A DNA stretch of 64,000 nucleotides, taken from positions 32,001-96,000 of the forward strand of contig JANRKS010000027.1 in the NCBI GenBank assembly GCA_033763315.1, written 5' to 3'. The stretch comes from Deltaproteobacteria bacterium. GTDB lineage: Bacteria; Myxococcota_A; Polyangia; Fen-1088. Made by a program: the position numbers and the translations under genes. Below are positions 43,515-54,721 of this stretch, one piece after another (position 1 is the stretch's first letter; each line of letters begins with the position of its first letter). Below the pieces are notes generated by a model. That model was not told the origin of the DNA, did no database searches, and worked only from the letters and a program-made list of their open reading frames with translations.

Positions 43515-44936
43515 TTACGCGTGACCTTCCGCCGTGTCCGGCTGTCCGTCCGCAGGTGCCGCCGGCAAGGCAGCCGCCTCGGCCGCACGTCGTGTGGCTT
43601 CTTCGGCGTCGCGTTTGCGTTCAACCTCGGCCGCCCGTCCGGCTTGCGCCTTCAAAGCAGCGATCTGGGCCGAATCATTCCCAATCACGTGAGCCAATTC
43701 AGCGGGAGGCGCGGCCGCAATCTCGGCGGCAGAACGCCACCCATCGCGGAACAGCGCTTCGGCCACATCCGGACCCACGCCTTCGATGGCGCCCAAGGAC
43801 GCGCGCGACTTGGCCTCGGATTCACGCACCTTCGATTCCGAGTGAATGTCGATGCGCCAGCCCGTCAGCTGGCTGGCCAAACGAACGTTTTGCCCCTTCT
43901 TGCCAATGGCAAGTGACAAGCGGTCGTCGGGAACCACCAGCTCCATCGTGTGCGAGGCGGCGTCGATCAACACGCGAGACACTTCGGCCGGCGCGATGGC
44001 ATTACAGACAAAGCGAGCGGGATCGGCGTCCCAAGGAACAATGTCGATCTTTTCGCCACGCAGCTCTTGAACCACGGCCTGCACACGTGAGCCTTTCATG
44101 CCCACGCAGGCGCCCACGGCGTCAACGTCGCGGTCGCGAGAAGAAACGGCAATCTTGGAGCGAGCGCCGGGCTCACGGGCCGAAGCCTCGATGCGCACGA
44201 TCTGCTCGAAGATTTCAGGCACTTCCATCTCGAAGAGCTTCTCCAGCAAACCCTTGTGGCCGCGGGAAACGATGATTTGCGGGCCGCGGGCCTGCTTATC
44301 AATGTCGAGGACGTAGGTCACAACGCGATCACCCACGCGGTAAGATTCACGAGGAACCTGCTCGCGCACGGGCAACACGGCTTCCGCGCCGTTAAGATCG
44401 ATAACGATGTTGCCGCGTTCAAAGCGGCGGACGATGCCGGAGATGAGCTCGCCCTTTTTGTCGCGGTATTGGTTGAACACATTGTCGCGTTCAGCCTCAC
44501 GCACACGCTGCAGAATCACCTGCTTGGCCGTTTGAGCGGCGATGCGGCCGAACGTTTTCCACGCCCGGTTCAGCTTTAGAAGCTCGCCGTACTTGGCGTC
44601 TTGATCTTCGGCGCGCTTTTGATCACGTTCGCTGTAGAAGATTTGAAACAGCAGCTCGTCGCCGAGCTCTGCATTGAGGTTGAAGCGCTCCGCTTCCTCG
44701 AGCGAGATTTCCTTGCCGGGTTGAGTGACAGGATCCGCCACGACAATGATTTGGAACAGGTCGACCTGCCCCAATTCGTCATTGAACTTTGCTTCCAGCT
44801 CGCGCTCTTCCCCGAAGGCGCGCTTGCCCGACATCAAGATGGCCTGTTCGAGCGCCTCGACCAGGATATGACGCTCGATATTCTTGTCCTTTGATACTTG
44901 ATCAAGGACTAGGCCCAAACCTGAACCTTCACTCAT
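43515..44936 (-). CDS. nusA: Transcription termination factor NusA
   Basis: [59 protein letters not shown]; start ATG 44936. Confidence 0.97.
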   Translation of the reverse strand: MSEGSGLGLVLDQVSKDKNIERHILVEALEQAILMSGKRAFGEERELEAKFNDELGQVDLFQIIVVADPVTQPGKEISLEEAERFNLNAELGDELLFQIFYSERDQKRAEDQDAKYGELLKLNRAWKTFGRIAAQTAKQVILQRVREAERDNVFNQYRDKKGELISGIVRRFERGNIVIDLNGAEAVLPVREQVPRESYRVGDRVVTYVLDIDKQARGPQIIVSRGHKGLLEKLFEMEVPEIFEQIVRIEASAREPGARSKIAVSSRDRDVDAVGACVGMKGSRVQAVVQELRGEKIDIVPWDADPARFVCNAIAPAEVSRVLIDAASHTMELVVPDDRLSLAIGKKGQNVRLASQLTGWRIDIHSESKVRESEAKSRASLGAIEGVGPDVAEALFRDGWRSAAEIAAAPPAELAHVIGNDSAQIAALKAQAGRAAEVERKRDAEEATRRAAEAAALPAAPADGQPDTAEGHA

Positions 44937-45556
44937 GGGGCGCTCCTCTCTTTTTCCGTTGGCTTCGCGTTTACCGGTAATTTGTCGCCGGCTTCGCGTC
45001 GCTGTTGGCTTCGCGCTTCGGATTTGCGGAACTCTTCCGCCCAATCCGGCACCAGATGAGCCTTGGCGACAGCCGCCAACGGCACCCGGCACACGACGCC
45101 GTCACAATCAATAAGCACGGCGCCATCGCTGACACCCTGCAACGTCCCGCTGAAATTGCGCCGCCCGTCCACCATCTGATGGGTGCGGATTTTTGCCCGC
45201 TGCCCCGTAAATCTTTGGAAGTCGGCCTCGCGCCGAAGGGGACGTTCGATCCCGGGCGAGCTCACTTCCAACCGATAAGCATGAGTAATGAGTTGTGAAA
45301 CATCTAAAGCAGCCGAGAGGTCGCGGCTGACGCGTTCACATTCTTCGTGGCCCACATAGCGGGGCTCGAACAAGTCGGATTCGGTGCCGGCGGGTGCGCC
45401 AGGCAACGTGGGCCCCGGGGACCATTTGTGGTCAATAAAGACGCGCAAAACGAAACCTTCAGGCTCCCGCCCAAACTCCAATTCGACAAGGTCCAGCCCA
45501 GCATCCCCCACGTAAGGTTCGATGAGGTTCCATAGATCGGAGAAGCTGGCTTTCAT
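44933..45556 (-). CDS. rimP: Ribosome maturation factor RimP
   Basis: LRVFID, CERVSR.LS..LD, Y.LEVSSPG.ERPL; start ATG 45556. Confidence 0.95.
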   Translation of the reverse strand: MKASFSDLWNLIEPYVGDAGLDLVELEFGREPEGFVLRVFIDHKWSPGPTLPGAPAGTESDLFEPRYVGHEECERVSRDLSAALDVSQLITHAYRLEVSSPGIERPLRREADFQRFTGQRAKIRTHQMVDGRRNFSGTLQGVSDGAVLIDCDGVVCRVPLAAVAKAHLVPDWAEEFRKSEARSQQRREAGDKLPVNAKPTEKERSAP

Positions 45557-45657
45557 GACGGCTTGTGGCGACGGCGGGTTTGGTGGATTGAAGGTTGATT
45601 TGGGGCTCCCGAAGGGATAAATGACGAACAAACGGCCCGATTTGGCACACTCAGGAC

Positions 45658-45687
45658 AAAAAAAAGGCGGGCAATCGGCGCCCGCCC
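45658..45687 (-). terminator. Intrinsic terminator in the rimP 5' leader (attenuator)
   Basis: Minus strand GGCGGGC-7nt-GCCCGCC followed by U8, between promoter and rimP start. Confidence 0.8.
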
Positions 45688-45725
45688 TGGAATATTGAAG
45701 GGTGTGCCTGTTCAGGTAAGGCGGA

Positions 45726-45754
45726 GTTGTATCACGCTGAGATCAGGAAGGCAA
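45726..45754 (-). promoter_or_regulatory. sigma70-type promoter of the rimP-nusA-infB operon
   Basis: TTGCCT-N17-TACAAC with TGn extension. Confidence 0.7.
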
Positions 45755-45812
45755 CATTGCCGTTAACGCTGCGGTTTTGGCTTGCCGACGCTACGTGCTA
45801 GCGTAAACAGCG

Positions 45813-46682
45813 ATGGAAACGCCACCGCCTGCCCCCGACATCTCGAGCCGCGGTGCCAACCGCACGCCTCGTTTCGCTGCTGTGCAGACGTGTTCTACGG
45901 AAGACATCGCGGGTAACCTGTCACGATGCGCTGTGCTCGTTCAGCAGGCAGCAAGAGACGGCGCCAACTGGGTCGGCCTACCGGAAAATTTTGCCTACCT
46001 GGGTGGTGGACGCGACCACAAACTGTCGATCGCTGAACCCCTGGAGGGGGGGGCGCCCGGCCCCATCTTGGCGGCGATGCAGACGCTGGCCCGGGAAGCC
46101 GGCGTGTATCTATTATTGGGAGGCTTCCCCGAGCGCATCGCGGACGAACCAAACCGGATCGGGAATGCGAGCGTGTTGCTCGACCCTTTGGGGCAGGTCG
46201 TGACGCATTACCGCAAAGTCCATCTATTCGACGTGGAAGTGCCGGGGGGCCAGAAGTTCAAAGAGTCCAATGACATCGCTCCGGGTGGCGCGCCATGCAC
46301 GGCGGAATTGCCCTGGGGCCTGCTTGGGCTCTCGATCTGTTACGACCTGCGTTTCCCGGAGCTTTACCGGGCGTACGCCGCGGCGGGGGCGCGTTTCATT
46401 TCGGTGCCGGCCGCTTTTACAAAGCAAACGGGTCCCGACCATTGGCACGTGCTGCTGCGAGCCCGCGCGATAGAGAACCAGGCGTTTGTCATCGCGCCCG
46501 CGCAATGGGGGCAACACAGCGAAAAGCGCGCGAGCTACGGCCACGCTTTGATCATCGACCCTTGGGGCACGGTCCTTGGGGACTGCAGCGACAAGGAAGG
46601 CTACGCCATCGCTTCATTGGACCTGGACTTTCAAGATAGCGTTCGCGCGCGGCTACCGTGTTTGTCCCACCGTCGCTTGTAA
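45813..46682 (+). CDS. Carbon-nitrogen hydrolase (Nit1/deaminated glutathione amidase-like)
   Basis: LPENF, YRKVHLFDV, ICYDLRFPE, RARAIENQ, SYGHALIIDPWG. Confidence 0.92.
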   Translation: METPPPAPDISSRGANRTPRFAAVQTCSTEDIAGNLSRCAVLVQQAARDGANWVGLPENFAYLGGGRDHKLSIAEPLEGGAPGPILAAMQTLAREAGVYLLLGGFPERIADEPNRIGNASVLLDPLGQVVTHYRKVHLFDVEVPGGQKFKESNDIAPGGAPCTAELPWGLLGLSICYDLRFPELYRAYAAAGARFISVPAAFTKQTGPDHWHVLLRARAIENQAFVIAPAQWGQHSEKRASYGHALIIDPWGTVLGDCSDKEGYAIASLDLDFQDSVRARLPCLSHRRL

Positions 46683-46734
46683 ACCTCGTCGCCACGGGTT
46701 GGGATTTTGGTGGCGCCGGCATTACGATGCGCCC

Positions 46735-47547
46735 ATGGACGCCCAATACGCTTCGTTCTCCTGCGCCCCCGCCCAGCTGCAACACCACTATGGAAGCGAG
46801 GTGCACATCCTCTCCGATCCTCTGGCATTGGGCATGCTGGCGCGCGCCTGCCAAAAGGGCGTGGTGCAGCCGGAGATGAATCACTTGGTGCGCGAGCTTT
46901 ACCGCCTGCTCGCGCATGTGGTGATCGCGACGGAATTTCCCCTCCTGGTCAAGCGCACAGAGACGCGCATGATCGAGCACACGCCCTTGGGTGCGTGGGA
47001 GGGTCCCACGGTTGATGTCAACACAAAGGCTGTGGTCGTCGCGTTGGCGCGCGCGGGTTTGCTGCCGTCGCAAGTGACCTTCGACTTTTTGAACCAAGTG
47101 TTGATGCCCGAAGGTGTGCGGCAAGATCATTTGTCGCTGGGGCGTGTGGTGGACGGCGCCGGGCAAGTGACCGGAGCGGCGCTGGCGGGCGTGAAGATCG
47201 GCGGGCCGGTGGCTGACGCCGTGATGTTGATTCCAGATCCGATGGGCGCCACGGGCTCTACCGTCACGCGGGTAATTGAGCACTACGCCGAAACCGTTGC
47301 GGGGCTGCCACGGAAAACCATTGCGATGCATTTGATCGTGACGCCGGAATACCTGCGGCACATTCGGCGCAAACACCCCGATCTCGTGGTCTACGCTTTG
47401 CGCCTTGATCGAGGCTTATCGCCCCCTGATGTGTTGGCCACAGTGCCCGGAGCACGCTGGGACGAAGAGCGTGGGCTCAACGATCACCATTACATTGTGC
47501 CGGGCGGCGGAGGCTTGGGCGAGGTCATCAACAACGCCTATGTGTGA
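46735..47547 (+). CDS. Uracil phosphoribosyltransferase-like protein (variant motifs)
   Basis: LARAG, DPMGATGST PRPP loop, LNDHHYIVPG; start ATG 46735. Confidence 0.8.
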   Translation: MDAQYASFSCAPAQLQHHYGSEVHILSDPLALGMLARACQKGVVQPEMNHLVRELYRLLAHVVIATEFPLLVKRTETRMIEHTPLGAWEGPTVDVNTKAVVVALARAGLLPSQVTFDFLNQVLMPEGVRQDHLSLGRVVDGAGQVTGAALAGVKIGGPVADAVMLIPDPMGATGSTVTRVIEHYAETVAGLPRKTIAMHLIVTPEYLRHIRRKHPDLVVYALRLDRGLSPPDVLATVPGARWDEERGLNDHHYIVPGGGGLGEVINNAYV

Positions 47548-47577
47548 GGGGCCCACGATCGCGGTATGATCCAGCGT

Positions 47578-48963
47578 GTGTCAAGCGCTGCGCCAGCCAA
47601 GACCGCTCTTCTGCGTAAGCTCATGCACGCCCGCCGAAGGCAGCGTTTGCGTGTGGCCATCGAGGCGCTGATTGTGGTGACACCCATGCTGTGTGGAGCC
47701 AGCCATTGGATGGCGACGGGCGCCGTTGTGGGGGGGCTGTTGGTTTTAACCGTGGCCGCCTTGTGGGTGTGGTGGCCACGCGGAACTCTGCATCGTGTTG
47801 CTTTGAGGTTTGATCAAGTGATCGCTGACGGTGGCGCGCGTGACGATCGCGTGTTGTGTGCTTATGAATTTATCGATGCAAACACGCCTTTATCGACGCT
47901 CGCTTTGCAGCAAGGCCAGCAGGCGGCCGCGCGCGTGAAATTGCAAGCGGTGGCACCTTTGCAGCCGCGGTTTCCTGCGTTGGCGTTGGCAGGAAGTCTG
48001 GGTTTGGTTTCTCTGATGGCGTTGGTGCAGCCACCGGCAAGGTCAGCGGTGGTTGCAAGCGGTGAACGTTTGGTCGCCAAGAACGTTCTTGCACAGAGAC
48101 ATCAACCCAGGCGTAAGCGTTTATCTGACGTGATCGGCGAGGCGTTCAAAGCGGCTCCAGCTCTGGAACAGGTGGGTGAGGCCGTAGCGGCGCAGGACAC
48201 AATGGCTTTGCAGGCGGCGACCGCTGCGCTGAACAAAACGCTGCCAGTGCAAGCACCGCATGTGGCCGCGGGCTTGGCGATCGCAAGGTTTGAACTTGCG
48301 CAACAACGCCAAGCACCTCCCTTCGCACCTCAAGCCATGGCGGCAGAAGATGAATCCGACGAAACGCAAAACGGTGCGCAAGGCACGAACGACGACGAAG
48401 ACGAACGCACACTTTCGCGTCTTGAGCGCGGCTTAAATGAAGCCGAAGACATTTGTGCCCGCGACCCGCAAGCATGTGCTGACGCTGTTGCCAACTTGAA
48501 CCAACAACTGGAACGCCTGGCGGCCAAGCAAGCTGACGGCGAAGCCCAAGCGCAGGCACAAGCCGAGACGCAAGGATCGAAGATGGCGGCGCCAACCCAG
48601 GCAGAAAGCGCACAGCGTTCCATGCAGGGTGCACCCCAAGCGCCACAGGCCTCCACCACGACTGGCTCGTCGCACCCGGATCCGCAAGCTCGTCGGCCCG
48701 CACCGGCCATAGCGGGGGTGGCCACACAGGACGTGGCTGTGAACCTGGGCGGCGCCGCGCCCGATCGCGCTGAGCTCGTGGCGGCCACGGGCAAAAGCGC
48801 CGAGCGGCAGAGGCCCGCACAAACCCGCTACAGTCTTTACAGACAACGGGCCGAAGCTGTGGTTGCCAACCAAGCGATCCCTGAAGATCGCCGCGCGGTC
48901 GTGCGCAGCTATTTTCAAAGTTTACGGCCACAACAACTTGCGGGCGGAGCCACACGTGACTGA
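47578..48963 (+). CDS. Membrane-anchored coiled-coil protein of the MoxR operon (start 47566 or 47578)
   Basis: Three N-terminal TM segments, Q/A-rich region, C-terminal 'Y...AE.......IP..RR.VVR.YF..L'. Confidence 0.7.
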   Translation: MSSAAPAKTALLRKLMHARRRQRLRVAIEALIVVTPMLCGASHWMATGAVVGGLLVLTVAALWVWWPRGTLHRVALRFDQVIADGGARDDRVLCAYEFIDANTPLSTLALQQGQQAAARVKLQAVAPLQPRFPALALAGSLGLVSLMALVQPPARSAVVASGERLVAKNVLAQRHQPRRKRLSDVIGEAFKAAPALEQVGEAVAAQDTMALQAATAALNKTLPVQAPHVAAGLAIARFELAQQRQAPPFAPQAMAAEDESDETQNGAQGTNDDEDERTLSRLERGLNEAEDICARDPQACADAVANLNQQLERLAAKQADGEAQAQAQAETQGSKMAAPTQAESAQRSMQGAPQAPQASTTTGSSHPDPQARRPAPAIAGVATQDVAVNLGGAAPDRAELVAATGKSAERQRPAQTRYSLYRQRAEAVVANQAIPEDRRAVVRSYFQSLRPQQLAGGATRD

Positions 48964-49951
48964 GAGCCAAGCAGGCATAGAGCAAGAGGTGCAGCGCTTC
49001 GCAAGCGACGTGGAGCGCATAGCGGATCAAGTGGCCCAACGGGTGGTCGGCAACCGCGAGGTTGTGCGCTTGTGTTTAACGGCGCTGCTTGCGCGCGGCC
49101 ATGTGCTGCTTGAAGGTGTGCCGGGTCTGGGCAAAACGCTGTTGGCCCGCACTGTGGCTGAGGCGTTGAACCTAAGCTTCGCTCGTGTGCAATTTACGCC
49201 TGATCTTATGCCGGCGGACATCACGGGCACCACCATGCTGTTCGACGGCAACGCGGGGCGTGCGCTCACGTTTGTGCCCGGCCCTGTGTTCACAAACATT
49301 CTGTTGGCCGACGAGATCAACCGCGGCACGCCCAAAACCCAAAGCGCGTTGCTTGAAGCGATGCAAGAAGGCGCCGTGACGGTGGGGCGGGAACGACATG
49401 TGATCGAAGCACCGTTCATCGTCGTGGCAACGCAAAATCCCATCGAAATGCACGGCACATATCCGCTGCCCGAGGCGGAGTTAGATCGCTTCTTGTTCAA
49501 GGTGTCACTGCCCTCGCCCTCGGCCGACGAACTTCACCGCATCTTGGATCTCACGACGCAAACCGCGGCGACAGTGGCGTTGTCGGCGTTGCCGCGAGAA
49601 CGTGTCCTGGCGATGCAAGAGCTCGTGTGGCAAGTGCCGTTGGCGCCTTCAGTGAAAGACTTTGCCGTGCGGCTGGTGCAGGCCACCCATCCCGAACGCA
49701 GCCACATGGCTGCCGTGAAGCAGCACGTGCGGTATGGCGTTTCACCGCGGGGTGCACAGGCCTTGGTGTTGGGTGCGAAGGTAAAAGCCCTGTGTGAAGG
49801 ACGAGCCACGCCGTCGTTCGTCGACGTGCGCGCGATGCTGAGGCCCGCCTTCGCCCATCGGTTGCTGCTTTCGTTTGCGGGTGAAGCCGAAGGCGCCACC
49901 GTTGAAGGGCTGCTAGCGCAGATTGAACAGCAAACGCCCGAGAGGGTGTGA
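48956..49951 (+). CDS. MoxR family AAA+ ATPase
   Basis: GHVLLEGVPGLGKT, RVQFTPDLMPADITG, DEINR, ATQNPIE..GTYPLPEA.LDRF; GGAG SD before GTG 48956. Confidence 0.95.
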   Translation: MTESQAGIEQEVQRFASDVERIADQVAQRVVGNREVVRLCLTALLARGHVLLEGVPGLGKTLLARTVAEALNLSFARVQFTPDLMPADITGTTMLFDGNAGRALTFVPGPVFTNILLADEINRGTPKTQSALLEAMQEGAVTVGRERHVIEAPFIVVATQNPIEMHGTYPLPEAELDRFLFKVSLPSPSADELHRILDLTTQTAATVALSALPRERVLAMQELVWQVPLAPSVKDFAVRLVQATHPERSHMAAVKQHVRYGVSPRGAQALVLGAKVKALCEGRATPSFVDVRAMLRPAFAHRLLLSFAGEAEGATVEGLLAQIEQQTPERV

Positions 49952-50862
49952 TGACAGCTCACGCTGCGGGAGATGATGTCTCGCGGGCGTTGCAGGCGCA
50001 GGTCATGCCATTTTTGCGCCGCCTGCTGGTCAACGCGCCGGCGGGGCGATCGCGCGTGCAGAACGATGGCATAGGCGTGCATCTATCCCCAAGGATTGGC
50101 GGTACGGGTTCCGAGTTTGCCGATCACAGACCCTATCAAGCGGGCGATGATCTAAGGCAGGTGAACGCGCGTTTGTGGGCGCGCCTGGGCAGGCCCATGG
50201 TGCGTCAATACCAACAAGAGCGTGCCAGATCCTTTTTGGTCGTCGTTGACCGCAGCGCTTCGATGTCGCTCGGTGTGCCACGCAAGTGGGATCAAGCGTG
50301 GCCCTTGGCCAGCGCCGTGGTTTGCGCAGCGGCGGGTAACCACGACGCCTTTGCGGTGCTGGTAGCAAATGAAGACAGCGCAACGGTGATCAAGAACAAT
50401 CCGTTGGCCACCGCGGAGACGTTGGCAACCACAGACATTGGCGGCCGCACAAACCTTGCCGCCACCGCGTCCGCGATCGTTGCGTCTCGGTTCGATGCGA
50501 ACACAGAAGTGGTCTGGGTGTCAGATTTTCTAGATCGCGCCGGGATTGAGCCCGCGCTTGCGCGTTTGCGACGCGTGCGGTGCACGCCTTTGCTTGTGTG
50601 CACGCCAGACGTGGCCGTGAGTGCGGGTGCAAAGCCACGCACGGCGGGCGAACTCGTGAGGTTGCGCGACGTGGAAACGGGCGAAATTGCCTTCGTTCCA
50701 ATGACGTCCGAGCGCTTGCGGCATCACGCAGCCACGTTGGCCGCGTACTACGGAACGCTTGCACGCTTTTGTGCGCACACGCGCGTGCCCTTCCTGCGGG
50801 CTGGTGCCAGGTTTGAAATCAACGCGCATCATTTGCTGCGCGCCGCGGGGCTCCGCGCATGA
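49948..50862 (+). CDS. DUF58 domain protein
   Basis: G.EFADHRPY..GDDLR, DRSASM, SDFL. Confidence 0.92.
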   Translation: MMTAHAAGDDVSRALQAQVMPFLRRLLVNAPAGRSRVQNDGIGVHLSPRIGGTGSEFADHRPYQAGDDLRQVNARLWARLGRPMVRQYQQERARSFLVVVDRSASMSLGVPRKWDQAWPLASAVVCAAAGNHDAFAVLVANEDSATVIKNNPLATAETLATTDIGGRTNLAATASAIVASRFDANTEVVWVSDFLDRAGIEPALARLRRVRCTPLLVCTPDVAVSAGAKPRTAGELVRLRDVETGEIAFVPMTSERLRHHAATLAAYYGTLARFCAHTRVPFLRAGARFEINAHHLLRAAGLRA

Positions 50863-53800
50863 GCCATTGGGAATGGTTGGGCGTTCCCGGTTGGCTCGCG
50901 GGCGTCGTGGGTGCCATGGCGGTCGCATCTTTGTGGGCGTCTGCTTGGCGCAAGCGACGTGCGCGGCTGATCGAAGTTAGCTTCCTCGCGCTTTGGGTGA
51001 GCACCCGCGATGAGACGGCCACCCAACGCTTGCGACGAGGATCCTTGGCGCTGTGGCTCACCGCGATCGGGGTGATGTTGTCGCTGCTCGCGGCGCTCGT
51101 GCCGTGGCCGCGGCCCACACTCACGAGTGGCAAGCAAGTGTTGTTGCTCGTGGACGAGTGGGCGTTGCAAACGCCGGACTCTGCACACGCCGCGCGAACG
51201 GCCATCAGGAAGATGGTTGCCAACCTAAGCATTGCAGATCGCATCGCGTTGTGGTCGTTCGATGAGACCCCACGCCAATGGATGGGCTGGCAACGGGATC
51301 GAGCCGCACTTGAGTCGATCTTGGAGCAGCTGGCTCCGCGCACACACAGCGCCCGCACGAGCGTGGCCAACCTGCCACGGCGAAACGTGAAACGGGCCTT
51401 GGCTGAAGCCACGCCAGAGCTGCCTGCGGGTGGCTACGTCGTGCTTGTGGGACCGAAGGGCTACAGCGCACAGGCAAATCATGAGGGCCACGTGCGGTGG
51501 CTGGAGGCGGGCAGCAACGCAAGCAACGTAGCCGTTGAAAGCCTTTCGTTTCAACGCCGCGGGCCTTCAACGGAAGCAGCGTTGCACGTCCATAACCTGA
51601 ACAACCACGTCTGCAAGGCAGCCATCGACGTGACGGATGCTCGCGGCGAACGGCTGTGGCACACCGACCTTGAACTGGCTCCCAAAGCCCGCACGGGATT
51701 GGCCATGGCATTGCCTGTGACCAACACCAAACTGCTGCGAGCTCACATCAGCTCACCGTGTGACGAAGTGCCCGAAGACAACATCATTGCCTTGGCGGCG
51801 GCCGCTGCGCTGCCAAAGCGAGTGCGTCTCTTCGGCAAGCCCAGTGCGTTCATCGTGCAGGCTCTGCGTGCGCTACCCCACCCCGTCGTGATCGCGGATC
51901 ACACGCATGAGCGGTTTCCGCCACGTGACGCTGATTTGCAAGACAACGATCTTGTGATTTTTAACGACATGGCCGGGCCACCTTTGCCACCGCAAGGGCA
52001 CTTCGTGTATTTCGCCACGACGGCGGCGGCATCGCCTTGGCCTGCCACAGCTGTTGCCGCCGCAAACAAACGAAGTGTGTTGCCTAACGGATCATCGCTG
52101 TGGCGAGATGTTTCGCTGACGGACGTCTCATGGCGGCGCTTGCTGAAGTTACAGCCGCCCGCTGACGCTGTAGCGTTGGCATCAACGAACGGGCGTGTTG
52201 TGGCGGCCGCCCGCTCATACCCAGGCTTTTCGCAGACTGCGTTCGGGTTTGGGCCACAAGCCAGCGACTTGCCCTGGCATGCGGGCTTTCCGCTGCTTCT
52301 CGACAATCTGCTGACCAGCGCCAGCGTTGCAAATGCATCGGCTTTCGGCGCCCGCGATCTTGTGGAGCCAGGCGATGCGACGCCCGCCATGGCTTGGCAT
52401 GCAGCGAGCGAAGGCATTCAGTTCGGTACGAATGTAAGCCGCTGGGCGGCCGGCCTGGCATGGCTGTGTGCTGCGGTGTTGTTCCTTGGGCTGCAACAAG
52501 GCGTGGGAGCGCTCGCCGCGCATCGACGCTGGCGGTGGTGGTGGCGCAGCTTGGTGCTGGTGAGTTTGCTGCTCGCCGTTTGGGCACCGCACCAGCCGAC
52601 GCCAAACGTGCAAAGCGTCCCCGCGCCAAAATCACCGACTGATCCTGCACCCCCGTTGATGCTGAAAGCCCTCGTGGGACCAACGATGGTTGCGCCGAAC
52701 GAGCGCTTCGAGGTACGAGTCCCTCTTGCAGCCACCTCACCAGGTGTTGCCACGCTGCAGATCGAACAAGACGCTGCGGCCGCGGTCGAGGTGACGGGTG
52801 CGCTAGCGACCGCCGACGGCTGGCGTGTGCAGGTGCTGCCTGGCACCACATGGGTCACCGCCACGTTATCGGCACCGGCAAAGAAGGCGCAGACGCAGAT
52901 CGTGGCGCGTTTGGTGCCAACCCAGCCAACCGCATGGATGGCAGGCCCTCACAACGAAGCGAAGCTGATCATTCCCTACAAACCGGCCCCGCGCGTATTG
53001 CTGCTCTCAGAAGATCCACAGGCGGATGCTTTGGGGCGGGTGCTGCAAACGCAAGGCTTCGACGTCACCGCGGTGACGCCTGCACGCGCGCCCTCGCCGC
53101 AGGGGTGGGCAGCCATCGTCATTAACAATGCGCCATTGGCAACGTTACCCCGGGGTTGGACGGTGGCCGCTGCCAGCGCGATCAACGATGGTTGTGGGTT
53201 GCTCGTGGCCGCGGGCGGCAACCTAAGCTTCAACGCCGCGTGGGAGCAAACCCCATTGCAAGCGTTGTTGCCCGCTTTGATCGAAGAGCAGGCGCAGCGG
53301 CCCGTCGCGGATCTGGCCACGGTCTTGGTGGTGGACCGCTCAGGCTCGATGAGCGGCACAAAGCTCGCGCTCACACTTGAGGCCATCAAGGCCACCACGA
53401 ATGCCATGCGGCCGAGTGATCTCATCAGTGTGGTGGCATTCGATAGCCGCGTGGAAACACTGGTGCCGCTGCAGATCGCCGCCAACAAACCGCGCATCTG
53501 GGCCCAGATGGAAAAGTTGAGTGCAGGCGGCGGCACCAACCTGTGGCCCGCTATGCGAGAAGCGTATCAAACGCTGTTGGGTGCCCCAGCGTCGCGCAAA
53601 CATATGGTGGTTCTCAGCGATGGCCACACGCCATCGGCGGGCATGCAAGAGTTGATTGGCGATCTCAGCGGCGCCAACATCACGCTCTCGACGGTCGCGT
53701 TGGGTAGCGGCGCCGATGCGGGCTTTTTGCGTCGCTTGGCCGATCAAGGGGGCGGGCGCAGCCACATCACTGATGATCCAGCGCGCGTGCCCCGCATCTT

Positions 53801-54608
53801 CGCCAACGAGATCGCAGCTGTCAGCGCGATGCCGCAACCCAAGACGTTGCTGAAGGTGAAGAGCGTGCGCACCAGTGCCCGCACTTCCGGCATCAATTGG
53901 ACGCAAGCGCCGGGTCTGCGCGACGTGGCGCATCTGCGTTCACGGCCAGGCAGCCAGACCTTGCTGTCACTGCCTGGCGGCGAGCCGGTGCTGGTGGGAG
54001 CCCATGCGGGCGCGGGGCAAGTGTGGTTGTGGGCGGCCGACGCCTCGGGGCCGTGGGCGTCCGCGTGGCCCGCATGGCAAGGTTTCGCCCCGTTTTGGTC
54101 GCAGCTGGTTCGCTCCTTGAGCGATGCACGCACGGGTGACATCCAGCCGATCATCGTCTCACAAAGCGGCGTCGCGAAAGTGGTCTTGAAAACGCCACCG
54201 GGCCCTAACGCCAGCAGCGCGATCGGCAAAACCGGGCGACTCGTGATACGTGGCGGCGAAAACAACACAAGCGTCGCGCTATGGGAGACGGCGCCTGGAA
54301 CGTACGAAGCCCAGCTCCCGCTAAGGCCGCCAGGGCTCCAGCGTCACGAGCCAGCTGCGGCCGCCTTAGAAGCGCAATTTGATGAACTCCCGAACGCAGG
54401 CCTGGGTCATACGTCGTGGCCAGGCTTGCCGCTTGAGAAGCCCGTCGCCACCGCGTTGCCAGCCGAGGCAACGGCCCCACCCTACCGCTCTTGGGGACCC
54501 TGGTTTGCGGCCTTGGCGGCCCTGCTTTTTGTTGCGGAAATCCCAAGGCGTCGTGCTACATTTCGCGCCTCAAAAACTGAGACATCGGGGCGTGGCGCAG
54601 TCTGGTAG
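50859..54608 (+). CDS. Large membrane vWA protein (BatA-like N-terminus, degenerate vWA, Ig-like, GATase-like, intact vWA)
   Basis: Intact MIDAS DRSGSM...GGT...LSDG; earlier degenerate LLVDEW; internal TM pair; C-terminal TM. Confidence 0.8.
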   Translation: MSHWEWLGVPGWLAGVVGAMAVASLWASAWRKRRARLIEVSFLALWVSTRDETATQRLRRGSLALWLTAIGVMLSLLAALVPWPRPTLTSGKQVLLLVDEWALQTPDSAHAARTAIRKMVANLSIADRIALWSFDETPRQWMGWQRDRAALESILEQLAPRTHSARTSVANLPRRNVKRALAEATPELPAGGYVVLVGPKGYSAQANHEGHVRWLEAGSNASNVAVESLSFQRRGPSTEAALHVHNLNNHVCKAAIDVTDARGERLWHTDLELAPKARTGLAMALPVTNTKLLRAHISSPCDEVPEDNIIALAAAAALPKRVRLFGKPSAFIVQALRALPHPVVIADHTHERFPPRDADLQDNDLVIFNDMAGPPLPPQGHFVYFATTAAASPWPATAVAAANKRSVLPNGSSLWRDVSLTDVSWRRLLKLQPPADAVALASTNGRVVAAARSYPGFSQTAFGFGPQASDLPWHAGFPLLLDNLLTSASVANASAFGARDLVEPGDATPAMAWHAASEGIQFGTNVSRWAAGLAWLCAAVLFLGLQQGVGALAAHRRWRWWWRSLVLVSLLLAVWAPHQPTPNVQSVPAPKSPTDPAPPLMLKALVGPTMVAPNERFEVRVPLAATSPGVATLQIEQDAAAAVEVTGALATADGWRVQVLPGTTWVTATLSAPAKKAQTQIVARLVPTQPTAWMAGPHNEAKLIIPYKPAPRVLLLSEDPQADALGRVLQTQGFDVTAVTPARAPSPQGWAAIVINNAPLATLPRGWTVAAASAINDGCGLLVAAGGNLSFNAAWEQTPLQALLPALIEEQAQRPVADLATVLVVDRSGSMSGTKLALTLEAIKATTNAMRPSDLISVVAFDSRVETLVPLQIAANKPRIWAQMEKLSAGGGTNLWPAMREAYQTLLGAPASRKHMVVLSDGHTPSAGMQELIGDLSGANITLSTVALGSGADAGFLRRLADQGGGRSHITDDPARVPRIFANEIAAVSAMPQPKTLLKVKSVRTSARTSGINWTQAPGLRDVAHLRSRPGSQTLLSLPGGEPVLVGAHAGAGQVWLWAADASGPWASAWPAWQGFAPFWSQLVRSLSDARTGDIQPIIVSQSGVAKVVLKTPPGPNASSAIGKTGRLVIRGGENNTSVALWETAPGTYEAQLPLRPPGLQRHEPAAAALEAQFDELPNAGLGHTSWPGLPLEKPVATALPAEATAPPYRSWGPWFAALAALLFVAEIPRRRATFRASKTETSGRGAVW

Positions 54609-54659
54609 CGCGTTCGGTTCGGGACCGAAAGGCCGGAGGTTCGAATCCTCTCGCCCCGA
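54586..54659 (+). tRNA. tRNA-Pro (anticodon CGG), CCA not encoded
   Basis: Acceptor CGGGGCG/CGCCCCG, D-arm GCGC-AGTCTGGTA-GCGC, anticodon arm TTCGG-TTCGGGA-CCGAA, T-arm GGAGG-TTCGAAT-CCTCT. Confidence 0.96.
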
Positions 54660-54721
54660 CAACACAAGCGGAAGCGGCGTGCATCGCCGCTTCACAGACG
54701 CCCAAGCTCACTCGCAAACGC

